Part shown: positions 14,651-25,873 of the stretch, in pieces
How positions within the stretch are numbered: the first letter of the stretch is position 1
Layout: each line of letters begins with the position of its first letter
Source of the DNA: the human T2T-CHM13v2.0 reference genome, Homo sapiens
Assembly (NCBI GenBank): GCA_009914755.4
Contig: CP068257.2
Span: forward strand, 9,280,001 to 9,344,000
Direction: 5' to 3'
DNA: 64,000 nucleotides
Notes under the pieces: generated by a model
The model's database searches: none
Seen by the model: only the letters and a program-made list of their open reading frames with translations
What the model was told of the DNA's origin: nothing
Translations under genes and position numbers: made by a program

Positions 14651-17600
14651 TTTTACACAGAAGACTGAGTAAAATTAGTTCACTTTACCCCACAGGCAGA
14701 ACTGAGAGCATGAATGAAATTTTCTGGGAAGCCCCTGCCCTTTAGAAGAGATATTGTAACCTTGTAGTGACTGGTGTTATCACTCCTGAAACCAGCTGCT
14801 TTGCCAGTCTGTGAATTACACAGTCAAGATACTTGCACCTAGTGAAAGCTTAAAGGGCCATCCACCTGGAATGAAGCAGGAATGAGTCATGTTTAGGGGA
14901 GGGTTGTTGGCGGGTGGAGGTGTGGAAAGGTTGACGCAAGGTATAAAAATAACACTGGTTAACTCTAGAAAGAGTGTGTTTACATTCTAGTTTCAAAGGG
15001 CATTGATCTTACCTCACAATGTTAGCATATTAACTATAGAGAGATTATAATGACATCTCGTGGAAACTACATTTCTGTTGATTAACTTATGTGAAGCCTA
15101 AAACTTACTTTGTGCATTAAATAATTAAGCCAATTACCTAACAAATTTAGACTTTTCTGTACTTTCATTTATTTTTTAACAGAAAATGTAGTGTAGACTA
15201 ATTGTTTACAAATGTCACACATGGAATCACCCAGGAAGCTTCTTTAAAAAATCCTAATGTCCAGGCTATTCTGTGTAATAATAAAGTCAAAAACTTTAAA
15301 AATTTATAGTAAAAATAAAAATCCAGAAAGGGTGTTGTTAAAAATAATCCACAAGCCTGTAGAGAAGGTCTTGAAGGCAACAATTATGACCACATTAGAG
15401 AAATGCATTCATGAAAACAAGACCCACAGCCATTTTAACTCTGGAAGTTTCTCTGTTCTAAAGACTGTGTGATTTAGAGGGACTAGAGTTTGTTTGTAAC
15501 AAGAAACAAGTGGAGGCCACAGCTACAGGCAAATGCATTGGACTAAATGGCCAGGTGTTTATTCATTTTACCTCTATGTGGTATTTTCTATATCTGCTAG
15601 TGAAGATTATTGGCGTTACCACTTGAGAGACTCTGAGGGTCAATGTTTTAGTGTTTTTGATTTCTTTGCAGCACTGAATGTAGGCATTGTTATATTCATG
15701 GAACATGTAGAAACACGTGCTTCATTAACTAAGTGGAGACTCAGTCTACTGAATATTTTTTAGTTGTTGTTCATGATAGTTTAAAATATAATGGCTTCTA
15801 ATGACTTTTAGCGTTAGCTATACTATTCAATCCTTTGTTCCCCACACTAAAGCACTTTCAAAGATTGCTTTATATTGCATTTAAAAGCTTGGTTACCTAA
15901 GTTGTTAACAAAATATTTCTGTAAGTTAACATTTTTGTTGTTGATGCTGAGATAATAATGCCCATGCATGCCTAAACCGTGGTTTCTTTAGCTGAGAGCA
16001 AGTCCAATAGCCTTTATAATACTTCAAGACCTATACACACTTTCGTAGTTATAAATGAACATGATAGAAAAGTTATTTATTTGAGACAAGTCTAATAGTT
16101 GAAGATTTTTAACAAATAGTAGTGTTTTAAGGGTATTATTGCCTTGGCATTGATTCTCTGTTCAATATTTTGAAGAGTAAAATATGATAATTCATGTTAC
16201 AAATTAAGAGAAGCTAAACCCACTATAAATGACAAGGTAATTTAAAAATGACTTATTTCAGTAATAAAACAGGTTTCGTCCATCTCTTCTATAGCTTAGT
16301 CTTATCTGAGAACTCATCTATTTTCCTTTACTGCACTGACTGGATGAGCTATTGATGAAGAAATTGGGAAACTTTTTTGAAATCACCAACTTTTATGTGT
16401 CTTATGTCAAGAGTCAGCTTCCATTGTCTTCCAAGAATTATGGTACACTTCAAAAGTCAGAGCTAGATAGATTCTTTTGTGAATGGAGGAACTATCCCAA
16501 GATTAGCTTGTGACTGTGATGTTTACGTGCTTCTTGATTCCATTGAATGCCATCATTAGCTTAAATACTGTTTGTTGGAGCCAATGAATAAACTTAAATG
16601 ACTCTAGTATTAGTAGAATATAGAAAGGAATAATAGATATTAGCCTAAATAGCTTCAGAAGAATGAATCGTTTGCCCAGAGACAACAGATAAGTAGTCTG
16701 CACTGCTTCCTGAGTGAGCGCCGTGTGTTCATCAATGCTTTCCTGAAGTTTATTTGAAAACTCTACATCTTTAATTGGTTGCTTTGTTAATACACTAATA
16801 ATACCCATTGTATTAGCACCCATACATGTCATTAGTTTATTAAAGTAACATCATTACCATGGAATAACATGATTTATATTTTTTCAAAACAGTCTTTTTA
16901 AAGACATGGAACTAATATTGAATGCATTTCCTGAAAGCACTATGAAGACACTAACGGGTAGCACTTTATAAGTTTTAACATTTCTGGAACAGGGTAGAAT
17001 TCGCTGATATTTACTCTGTGCTTCCCATTCAGTGTTCCTGTTATACATTTCTATCATTTGATTATTTTAACATTTTATTGCACTTAACTGCTAACATGCC
17101 CTGCCCCAGTGCCGAAAGTCCAGCCTGCCTGTCTACATGTAAATGGATAACATTTGTGTTTGTTGGAATGAATAAAAAAAGATTAATTGGTTATGCAATC
17201 ACATTAAAGTATCTATGGTAAGTTTGAACTTAACCAAGAGGCTGGACAGAAACTATAGGGCCAAAATTTGGTACGACATATAGAAAACTTGTGAATTTTT
17301 GTTTGTAATAAGACCCTAGGCATCAACAACACTATGAATCTGTTGAATCAAGTTTAGCCTAACTGCCTCCTTACATATTTTCTGTTCAGCCTAAAGGTTT
17401 CTCTGTACATAGTGAACTATAATCTAAAGGGAGGTGTAAACAGATTGTAACCTACTTTTGTGCCCATTGCTGTGTTTTGGTCAATCAAAGGGGGCCAGCT
17501 GTTCAAACCACATTCAAATAAGGCAAACACTGAGCTGTAACCAATCCAGCTGTTTCTGTAGCTGGTTTCCATTTTCGGTATATCACTTTCCTTTCTCTGT

Positions 17601-20310
17601 CCATAAATCTGCTACGACGTGGCTGTGCTGGAGTCTCTCTCAGCCTTCTCTGATTTGGGAGGCTGCCCGATTGGCAAATTGCTCTTTGCTCAGTTAAATT
17701 CTGTTGAATTTAATTTGGCTAAGGTTTTTATTTTAACACATTATAGAGGTGCAGATAAACAATGATAAGATGTCAAAACCCATCTGGGGAGCACTGGAAG
17801 CCTCTTGCTATGATTCTATGATATAATTCAAACACCATATTTTGCTGACAACTTCCTGAGTGATATTGGAAATACAGATATACTGCATTTCTGGCCAAAC
17901 AACCATGACATACACTGTAGATTTGGAATGAACGCTATTAAGATAACCCATCCCTCTCTCTAGACAGGCAGGCAGCCAGCCGTGTGTGTCCTCTCTTCTT
18001 CTTTATCACCAAGAATGACTGGGAGCTAGAGCAGCAATGTTGATGGGCATTGATCTGTTTCAGAAACATCTCAAGGACTGAGAAATGACTTCGGGTGTTC
18101 CCTTTTCAAAAGATGCTATCTCATTTCCTTACTAAAGAGATGAGAAAAAGGGTGGAAATTGAGAGATGCAAGGTAAGAACTAAAATAATGTGAATTAAGT
18201 CTGAAGGAGATTTTTTTTCCCCTCCTATGAGGTATTTACTAGCTGATAATCCTGCAGTGAAAGAATAACCAACCAGTGAGAGTTAGGAAAAAATATGGAT
18301 TGTTGATTTGGAAGGAGACTAAAAAACTATCCCTGCCATAATTTTTTTTCATTTTACACCCCCTTAAAATAACTAAGAAAAATATTGCTTTTATAAAACA
18401 CTGCAGTGAACACAGCCCTGGAATTCTGGTATTATAACAACTTTCAGGTGGAGGCATAAAGTGATATTCCAAAATGTTAAAAATCATCAATACGAGTAAA
18501 AATCTGACTTTGAATATTGGACTGCAGTGTTATTACTTCCTCTTGGTGGTGTGTTTCCAATTTTAGGGACTGTGGGGGAAAGACAAGCTGCGTACATACA
18601 TTCTTTCTCCCAATATCAGCCCCATTTATTTGGATGGATCTAATGATTTTACTTTCAAACTTAATGCCCCTGAGATTCCCTAATAATCTCAAATTCTATC
18701 AGAAATGCCCCCACCATCAAAACTATGTCTTATGAATTCATTTCTTTGATTTGTAGAGTGGCAGGGTACCTAAAGTTAACATTTGTCACAGTGTTGCATA
18801 ACACCTTCATTAGGCCAATTACAGAGAGTGGCTTGAGTGGGCAACCTGTGGGCAGTCATGGTCCCATGTATCTTCCCACCGGCACTGCTGGGACCAGAGT
18901 GTGGGTGACAGAACAAAAGGATTCTATCCAAATGTGTTAGCAGGCCCCTTCAGGTAGGCTGTGGCAGGAGAGAAGAGGAAGGATGGTTCAACAGATTATT
19001 AAGAGAATGTTTCAACATTAAAAATATGGGGCAATTATATGAACACTACATGCTACTACAAGTAAAATATAAAATAGAAATGTTCTGAGGAAGAAAAACA
19101 CATTCAAATGCAAATGAAGAGAACCAAAATGAGAAAATAATGAGCCAAATAGCAAAAGTTAAAACTTGGGTATGTTTGTCTTTCAATAAATCTCTTCTCC
19201 ATTTGAAAAACAACTAAATGTCTCTATTCCATTATATTAGATTTAAAAATTCTTAGAGTTTAAGGAGTAGTTTTTTTAATAAAGTCATATACACATCCAA
19301 GCATAATAATTTACTATTCACTACAGTGATTTCAGCATAGTGTGTTATATTCAGTATATATGTAAATGCCTCAAGAACATGATCATAATGCTGATTAAAC
19401 TCCTCAGTAAAACATTCTCTCAATACAAACTTTGCTTTTCTATCGTTCGGATTTTGTTTAGGAAGAAAATTTCAACAAGCCTGCCACATAGACAGACTTC
19501 GAAGACAAAGACTTTTTTGAAATAGAAAGTTACAGAGTTTCTCTTTTAAAAGTTCCTTGTGTTTATACATCTTTGGGTGTTGCTCTTCCTTCATTATCAG
19601 AGACAGCAGTGCCTCAAGTCTAGTGTCAGAGGCATCTGTCTGCAGCCGAAGCACTTTGTCAAAGTCAGGAGGGCTTAATAAGGCTCGATTTTCACTGAAT
19701 GCATTTGTTAGGCTGTTGAATGTTAAATCGCAAGCTGAATCATTGTGCAATTGCTTTCTTTTCTGTCTTTTTTTTCTTTTTCTGGCCAAGTCAGAAATGG
19801 CTCTGCAGAGACAAGCTCTGAGTTATCCATTAGTGGATTAATGAATGACAATTTGTACTAAAACTAATCTCTTTTTTCCTTTCAAATGAAGCTCATCTTC
19901 CTCAATGTGTTTTTTCCACGAGGTGCATGAAATTATCAACATGTTACCAAGAAGATGAATTCTGTGTGTGACCCATCAGCATCGTCGATACGTAGCAGTG
20001 TTATGGCAGAGCTCCAGCATAAAGCCACAGCATGACACCAGGGTTGGAGAGGACCTAATACCTGCAGTCTTGGGCAGCCAGGGGATTTGTTGCTCTACAC
20101 CAATTTGCTCAAATATAGAACACATACATTTACCGTTTCCCATAGATATATCAGCAGCTCCTTTCCCAGGGATGGTTGAAAACCTTTGGCTCTGTTTTGC
20201 TGTGTCTGCTTTCTAAACCTTCTACCCTTCTTTAACTTGCTGACTATCCATTTGGATGCTGGCTGACTGATTTCTCGATGAACCTCCTCTTCAAATTGGG
20301 CTTTCAGAAA

Positions 20311-20994
20311 TTGAATATACTCTCTGTGGTGGGTAGTATATTGTCCACAGGCATCTGCAAGTGAGGTAGAAGGCAGCATATTGAATATACTCTCTGTGAT
20401 GGGTAGTATATTGTCCACAGGCATCTGCAAGGGAGGGAGAAGGTAGCATATTAGATATACTCTCTGTGGTGGGTAGTATTGTCCACAGGTATCCACAAGT
20501 GTGGGAGAAAGCAGCATACTGAATATACGCTCTGTGGTGGGTAGTATATTGTCCACAGGCATCCACAAGTGAGGGAGAAGGTAGCATATTGAATATACTC
20601 TCTGTGGTTGGTAGTATTGTCCATGGGCATCCACAAGTGAGAGAGAAAGCAGCATACTGAATATACTCTCTGTGGTGGGTAGTATTGTCCACGGGCATCC
20701 ACAAGTGAGGGAGAAGGTAGCACATTGAATATGCTCTCTGTGGTGGGTAGTATATTGTCCATGGGCATCCACAAGTGAGGGAGAAGGCAGCATATTGAAT
20801 ATGCTCTCTGTGGTGGGTAGTATTGTCCACAGGCATCCTCAAGTGAGGGAGAAGGTAGCATATTGAATATACTCTCTGTGGTGGGTAGTATTGTCCATGG
20901 GCATCCACAAGTGAGGGAGAAGGTAGCATATTGAATATACTCTCTGTGGTGGGTAGCATTGTCCATGGACATCCACAAGTGAGGGAGAAGGTAG
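20311..20994. repeat. Satellite-like tandem array, about 62-bp unit, left part (about 11 units)
   Basis: Unit is roughly 'gcatattgaatatactctctgtggtgggtagtat(at)tgtccacaggcatccacaagtgagggagaaggta'. Contiguous head-to-tail units with about 5-10% variation. The array resumes in phase at 22406. Confidence 0.9.
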
Positions 20995-22405
20995 TGAGAG
21001 GTGACAGCATGCTGGCAGCCCTCACTCGCTCTTGGTGCCTCCTCAGCCTTGGCGCCCACTCTAGCCACACTTAAGGAGCCCTTCAGCCCGCTGCTGCATT
21101 ATGGGAGCCCCTTTCTGGGCTGGCCGAGGCCAGAGCCAGAGCCGGCTCCCTCAGCTTGCAGGAAGTGTGGAGGGAGAGGCACGGGAGGGAACTGGGGCTG
21201 CACACTGTGCTTGTGGGCCAGCGCGAATTCTGGGTTGGCATGGGCTAGGCAGGCCCCACACTCGGAGTGGCCAGCTGGCACCACCAGCCCCGGGCAGTGA
21301 GGGGCTTAGCACCCGGGCCAGCAGCTGTTGAGGGTGCGTCCAGTCCCCCAGCAGTGCTGGCCCACCAGCATTGCACTCGAATTCTCGTTGGGCCTCAGCT
21401 GCCTCCCCATGGGGCAAGGCTCGGGACCAGCAGCCTGCCATGCCTGAGCCTCCCCCCTGCCGTGGGCTCCTGTGCAGCCTGAGCCTCCCTGACAAGCGCT
21501 GCTCCCTGCTCCACAGCGCCCAGTCTCATCAACCACCCAAGGGCTGAGGAATGTGGGGGCATGGTGTGGGACTGGCGGGCAGCTCCACCTGTGGCCCCAG
21601 TGCGGGATCCACTGGGTGAAACCAGCTGGGCTCCTGAGTGTAGTGGGGACTTGGAGAACTTTTATGTCTAGCTGAGGGATTGTAAATGCACCAATCAGCA
21701 CTCTGTATCTAGCTCAAGGTTTGTAAACACACCAATCAACGCCCTGTGTCTAGCTCAAGGTTTGTGAATGCACCAATCAGTGCTCTGTGTCTAGCTAATC
21801 TAGTGGGGACTCGGAGAACTTTTGTGTCTAGCTCAGGGATTGCAAATGCACCAATCAGCACCCTGTCAAAATGGGCCAATCAGCTCTCTGTAAAACAGAT
21901 CAATCAGCTGTCTGTAAAATGGACCAATCAGCAGGATGTGGGTGGGGCCAGATAAAGGAATAAAAGCAGGCTGCCCAAGCCAGCAGTGGCAACCTGCTGG
22001 AGTCTGCTTCCACACTGTGGAAGCTTTGTTCTTTCGCTCTTTGCAATAACTCTTGCTGCTGCTCACTGTTTGGGGGCACACTGCCTTTATGAGCTGTAAC
22101 ACTCACTGCGAAGGTCTCCAGCTTCTCTCCTGAGGCCAGTGAGATCAAGAACCCACCAGGAGGAATGAGCAACTGCAGACACACCACCTTAAGAGCTGTA
22201 ACACTCACCGTGAAGGTCTGCAGCTTCACTCCTGAAGCCAGTGAGACCATGAACCCACCAGAAGGAAGAAACTCAGAACACATCCGAGCATCAGAAGGAA
22301 CAAACTCTGGACACGCCGCCTTTAAGAACTGTAATTCTCACCGCAGGGGTCCACGGCTTCATTCTTGAAGTCAGTGAGACCAAGAACCCACCAATTCTGG
22401 ACACA
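20995..22405 (+). mobile_element. Solo LTR12 (HERV9 LTR) flanked by a 4-bp GTAG target-site duplication
   Basis: Recalled LTR12 consensus features are present: 'gggaactggggctgcacactgtgcttgtgggccag', 'ccccgggcagtgaggggcttagcacccgggccagc', tandem 'ctagctcagggattgtaaatgcaccaatcagcac' repeats, 'ggccagataaaggaataaaagcaggctgcccaagccagcagtggcaacc', 'ctttgttctttcgctctttgcaataa', repeated 'gctgtaacactcac(c/t)g(c/t)gaaggtctgcagcttcactcctga(a)gccagtgagacca', and a terminal 'accaattctggacaca'. Starts TG and ends CA. The host sequence 'gaaggtag|catattg' is split with GTAG duplicated at 20991-20994 and 22406-22409. Confidence 0.85.
21690..21975 (+). promoter_or_regulatory. LTR12 U3 enhancer/promoter: about 7 tandem CCAAT-box repeats, then a TATA-like 'gataaaggaataaaagcagg'
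   Basis: Seen directly: 'caccaatcagc' or 'gaccaatcagc' repeated at about 21691, 21735, 21774, 21855, 21885, 21910 and 21935, and 'ataaaggaataaaag' at about 21951-21966. From established knowledge, LTR12 U3 CCAAT repeats bind NF-Y and drive transcription when derepressed (for example in testis or after HDAC inhibition). Whether this copy is active is unknown. Confidence 0.5.
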
Positions 22406-23078
22406 GTAGCATATTGAATATACTCTCTGTGGTGGGTAGTATTGTCCATGGGCATCCATATGAGGGAGAAGGTAGCATATTGAATATACTCTCTGTGGTT
22501 GGTAGTATATTCTCCACAGGCATCCGCAAGTGAGGGAGAAGGTAGCATATTGAATATACTCTCTGTGGTTGGTAGTGTAGTCCATAGGCATCCACAAGTG
22601 AGGGAGAAGGCAGCATATTGAATATACTCTCTGATGGGTAATATTGTCCATGGGCATCCAAAAGTGAGGGAGAAGGCAGCATATTGAATATCCTCTCTAT
22701 GGTGGGTAGTATTGTCCATGGGCATCCACAAGTAAGGGAGCAGATAGCATATTAAATATCCTCTCTGTGGTGGGTAGTATTGTCCATGGGCATCCATAAG
22801 TGAGGGAGAAGGTAGCATATTGAATATACTCTCTGTTGTGGGTAGTATATTGTCCACAGGCATCCACAAGTGAGGGAGAAGGCAGCATATTGAATATACT
22901 CTCTGTGGTGGATAGTATTGTCCACGGGCATCCGCAAGTGAGGGAGAAGGTAGCATATTGAATATACTTTCTGATGGGTAGTATTGTCCACGGGTATCCA
23001 CAAGTGAGGGAGAAGGTAGCATACTGAATATACTGTTTGTGGTGGGTAGTGTTGCTTACAAGCATCCACATGAGGGAT
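22406..23078. repeat. Satellite-like tandem array, about 62-bp unit, right part (about 11 units), continuous in phase with 20311-20994
   Basis: Same unit as the left array. The first unit starts 'gtagcatattgaatatactctctgtggtgggtagtattgtccatgggcatcca'. Confidence 0.9.
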
Positions 23079-24057
23079 TTACTTCCCATAGAAATATTTT
23101 AGGAGGGAAGTTGTTGGGGTTTTTGAAATATTGTTTATGTTTTAGTGCATGCCCTTTAAAATATCCCTCCTAGCAAAAATAAAATATAAAATAAAGTAAA
23201 ATAAAATGTATAGAGATATATAGTCTCCATCAATGAACATGTAATTTGTGATTAATAAGTTGTTACTACAAATAAGAAAAAGTTGAGTAGTTTTAATGGT
23301 CCTAGTTCATATACTGTGGTGAGCAAGGGTTAGAAGTTGAAGATCCTTTGAACAAAGCAGTGTTCTTCTTGTGTAGCCTCATCCTGGTGCTTACAGAAAC
23401 CAAGCTTTCTTGATGAAGCTTCCTTCTAAGTGGGCATGGGAGAAGCAGGGCAGCTTACAGCTCTTCCTGAGCTGCAGCATCTGGTTGGGGACAGATTCTC
23501 AGCCTTCTGGAGTCCCTGTTGGATGCTGGCTCTTTGTTCTCAACACAGTCCCTGGTCACCCCACCTGTGTTCCCCAGAATCCAGCTTTTAGTCTTGGTAA
23601 CTTCACGCTTCCCAAAGACAGAATCAGCTGTGGCTCCCCAGAGCAAGCTGACTTGCTTCTTAGAAACCCCAGAAATAAACAGTCTTTGAATCCCAAAATT
23701 GTGTACTTGGAGGGGCCTATAGCATTCAAATTTCATTCAAATCCAGAGCTTAAAGGAGTCTAGGTTACCCAGAAGCAGATGACAAACAGGAAAAACTGCT
23801 CCGTGAGCTGGTTATGCAAATATTCTTTCAGAAATATGGAGTTTCTGGAATGAAGGAAGAGGATGACAGAATTAAGTCACGCGTGTGGTTAGCCCTGATT
23901 GCTAAGGGGAGGCATTCTCTGATATATAAATGACTTCCTGTCAAGGGAAAAATCAGTGTCTTCCAGGTAGGGAGGAGGCGGGAAGTCCCAGTCTAGCAAA
24001 GACCACAGCTTGTGCCTGTAGCTGTTTTTAGTTCTCTGAGCCTTTATTTTGCTCAAT

Positions 24058-24128
24058 TCTAACACCAGTGTTAGCCACCCGCTAACCCCACTCTTAGCCA
24101 CCCACTAACCCCACTCTTAGCCACCAGC
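24058..24128. repeat. Short tandem repeat, about 24 bp x3 ('ttagccacc(c/a)(g/a)ctaaccccactc')
   Basis: Seen directly. Confidence 0.6.
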
Positions 24129-24957
24129 TGCGGTCTTCTTGGGGAAGGGCTTCTCTTCCTATGGGTTGGGTGAGTAACCACAGTGGGCTCCTGATTCTAA
24201 GCTGCCCCTCATTCCTGTGTTGTCTCCACCGTTTTCTTCCTCAGCCTGGAAGTTGACACTTGTAATTTGCCCTTAGGCCCTCGTTAGGAGTAGCTCACCT
24301 GGGGCCATGGACCACAGCTAAGCCCAGGGATAGAACTGTACTTTCAGGTAATAGGTTTTAATTGTAATCCTATGTATTTTATTTTATTTATTTTACACAC
24401 TGATAAAAATTGCTCTAAGAAAGATTCTATTGACTTCCTCAGACTAACAAAAGTGCTCATGGCCCAGAAAAGGTTGCTTCTTCCTGGCAGTGGACCTGCT
24501 GCCACCGCTTCAGTGACTCTGGTGTCCTTCCACCCTGGGACCAGGTTTCATTCATAACAAACCTGTGCCTTTGTCAGCACAGGTTTGTAGCCCGAATGAC
24601 ATCTGCCATCCTCCACAATGGAGCTCAAATGCCACTAAAACGCTTATTTCCAGACTTTGTCCGTATTTCATTTTTACCTGTTGTTGTCATGTTCCTTTTT
24701 TCATCAATAATGAAAAGTCCTGGGCCCTTGTGTCCTGGGTCCTATCTAATTCATCTTTGCATCCCAGCCGTTGTCTGACAGAAATGAAATTTTCAATCAA
24801 AGTTTGACGAATGTTTGAATGATGATGAATCTTGTGGCACAAGAGCCTGCTTTCCTTTCTTCCTATCAGGGCACCAGCGGCCCTGCAGCTGCAGGTGCCA
24901 CCTCCAGCCCAGCTGTGTTTCTGGGTACCCCTGGGAGTTCCTGGTGGGCCCAAGTAA

Positions 24958-25075
24958 GGTAAGACAGAGAAGAAAAAAATGGCATGGGAGAAGAAGAAGA
25001 AAGAAGGAGATAGAGAAACAGGAAAGAGAGAAGAAAAGGAAGAGAGGAAGAAATTGTGGAGTGGAGGGCTGCCCT
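24958..25075. repeat. Purine-rich (GA/GAA) low-complexity tract
   Basis: Seen directly. Confidence 0.6.
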
Positions 25076-25287
25076 GTTCCCCACCTCAGGGACATAAGTA
25101 AGCTGCCTGTACAGGTTCACAGAAAAATGGATTTGATTCCAGAGCCCTTCCTCATTGTGTGTATTTGCACTATCATGTTGTGTAGTTTTTAAGAACCCAT
25201 AAAGAAAAGCAGAACCTTGTGGGCCTGTAATGATCTCTACAGAATGTCAGATAAAAAGATGAGTTCAATTCTACTATATTTAAAAAG

Positions 25288-25412
25288 CCAGCAGGATGCA
25301 GCGGCTCACACCTGTATTCCCAACACTTTGGGAGTTCTCTTGAGCCCAGGAGTTCAAGGCTGCTGTGAGCCATGATTTCACCACTGCACTCCAGTGCAGA
25401 TGACAGAGAGAG
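25288..25412 (+). mobile_element. Free Alu monomer (FLAM/FRAM-like) or truncated Alu left arm
   Basis: 'gccagcaggatgcagcggctcacacctgtattcccaacactttgggag..cttgagcccaggagttcaaggctgctgtgagccatgatttcaccactgcactccag' is monomer length only (about 125 bp). Confidence 0.6.
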
Positions 25413-25750
25413 AACTTCTTATCTCTTAAACAACCAAAAAGCCATCAACATAAATGTTGTTAACAGTGTGCTGTGGTCCATACCATCCTCTCTCTCTCTC
25501 TGAGATGTCTCTACATTCCAGTGGAGAGGGAAAATGAAATCTATTGTCAGCTAGGTCTGGGACTGGTCTTCCCCAGAGGCAGGATGGCTATTTTGGCATA
25601 ATTTAGACATTGACAGAAAGCTGATTTGGCCCCCTGAATATCTAGAGTTTTCTCTCTAGTCTGATATTATGCCAATTATGGTATACTATGACAAGTTCTT
25701 TTGGGTCTCAGAGTCACCTGCTAGTACATGGAGGAACATATTAAGCCTCT

Positions 25751-25873
25751 ATCAGCCCATCTCATCACACCTAGTGCCTGGGTGTATGCCGGCGGGTCCT
25801 GTAGAATAGGTATCAGCCCATCTCATCACACCTAGTGCCTGGGTGTATGCCGGTGGGTCCTATAGAATAGGTA
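25751..25873. repeat. Tandem duplication, about 61 bp x2 ('atcagcccatctcatcacacctagtgcctgggtgtatgccgg(c/t)gggtcct(g/a)tagaataggt')
   Basis: Seen directly. The two copies are near-identical. Confidence 0.85.

Noticed and set aside
21001-21701. Several overlapping 70-130-aa ORFs in both strands of a GC-rich region.
   Set aside because: They lie inside the LTR12 U3/R region, which has GC-rich, stop-poor sequence. LTR12 is non-coding.
20095-23089. Cluster of long minus-strand ORFs (232, 259, 205, 243, 130 aa) with repeating 'TTHHREYIQYAAFSLTCGCPWTILPTTESIFNMLPSPSLVDA...' motifs. At first glance these look like a repeat-containing protein family.
   Set aside because: They are six-frame translations of the 62-bp satellite. 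62 is not a multiple of 3, so successive units are read in rotating frames, giving the shuffled recurring peptides. They stop at the array edges and at the LTR12, and start at non-ATG codons.
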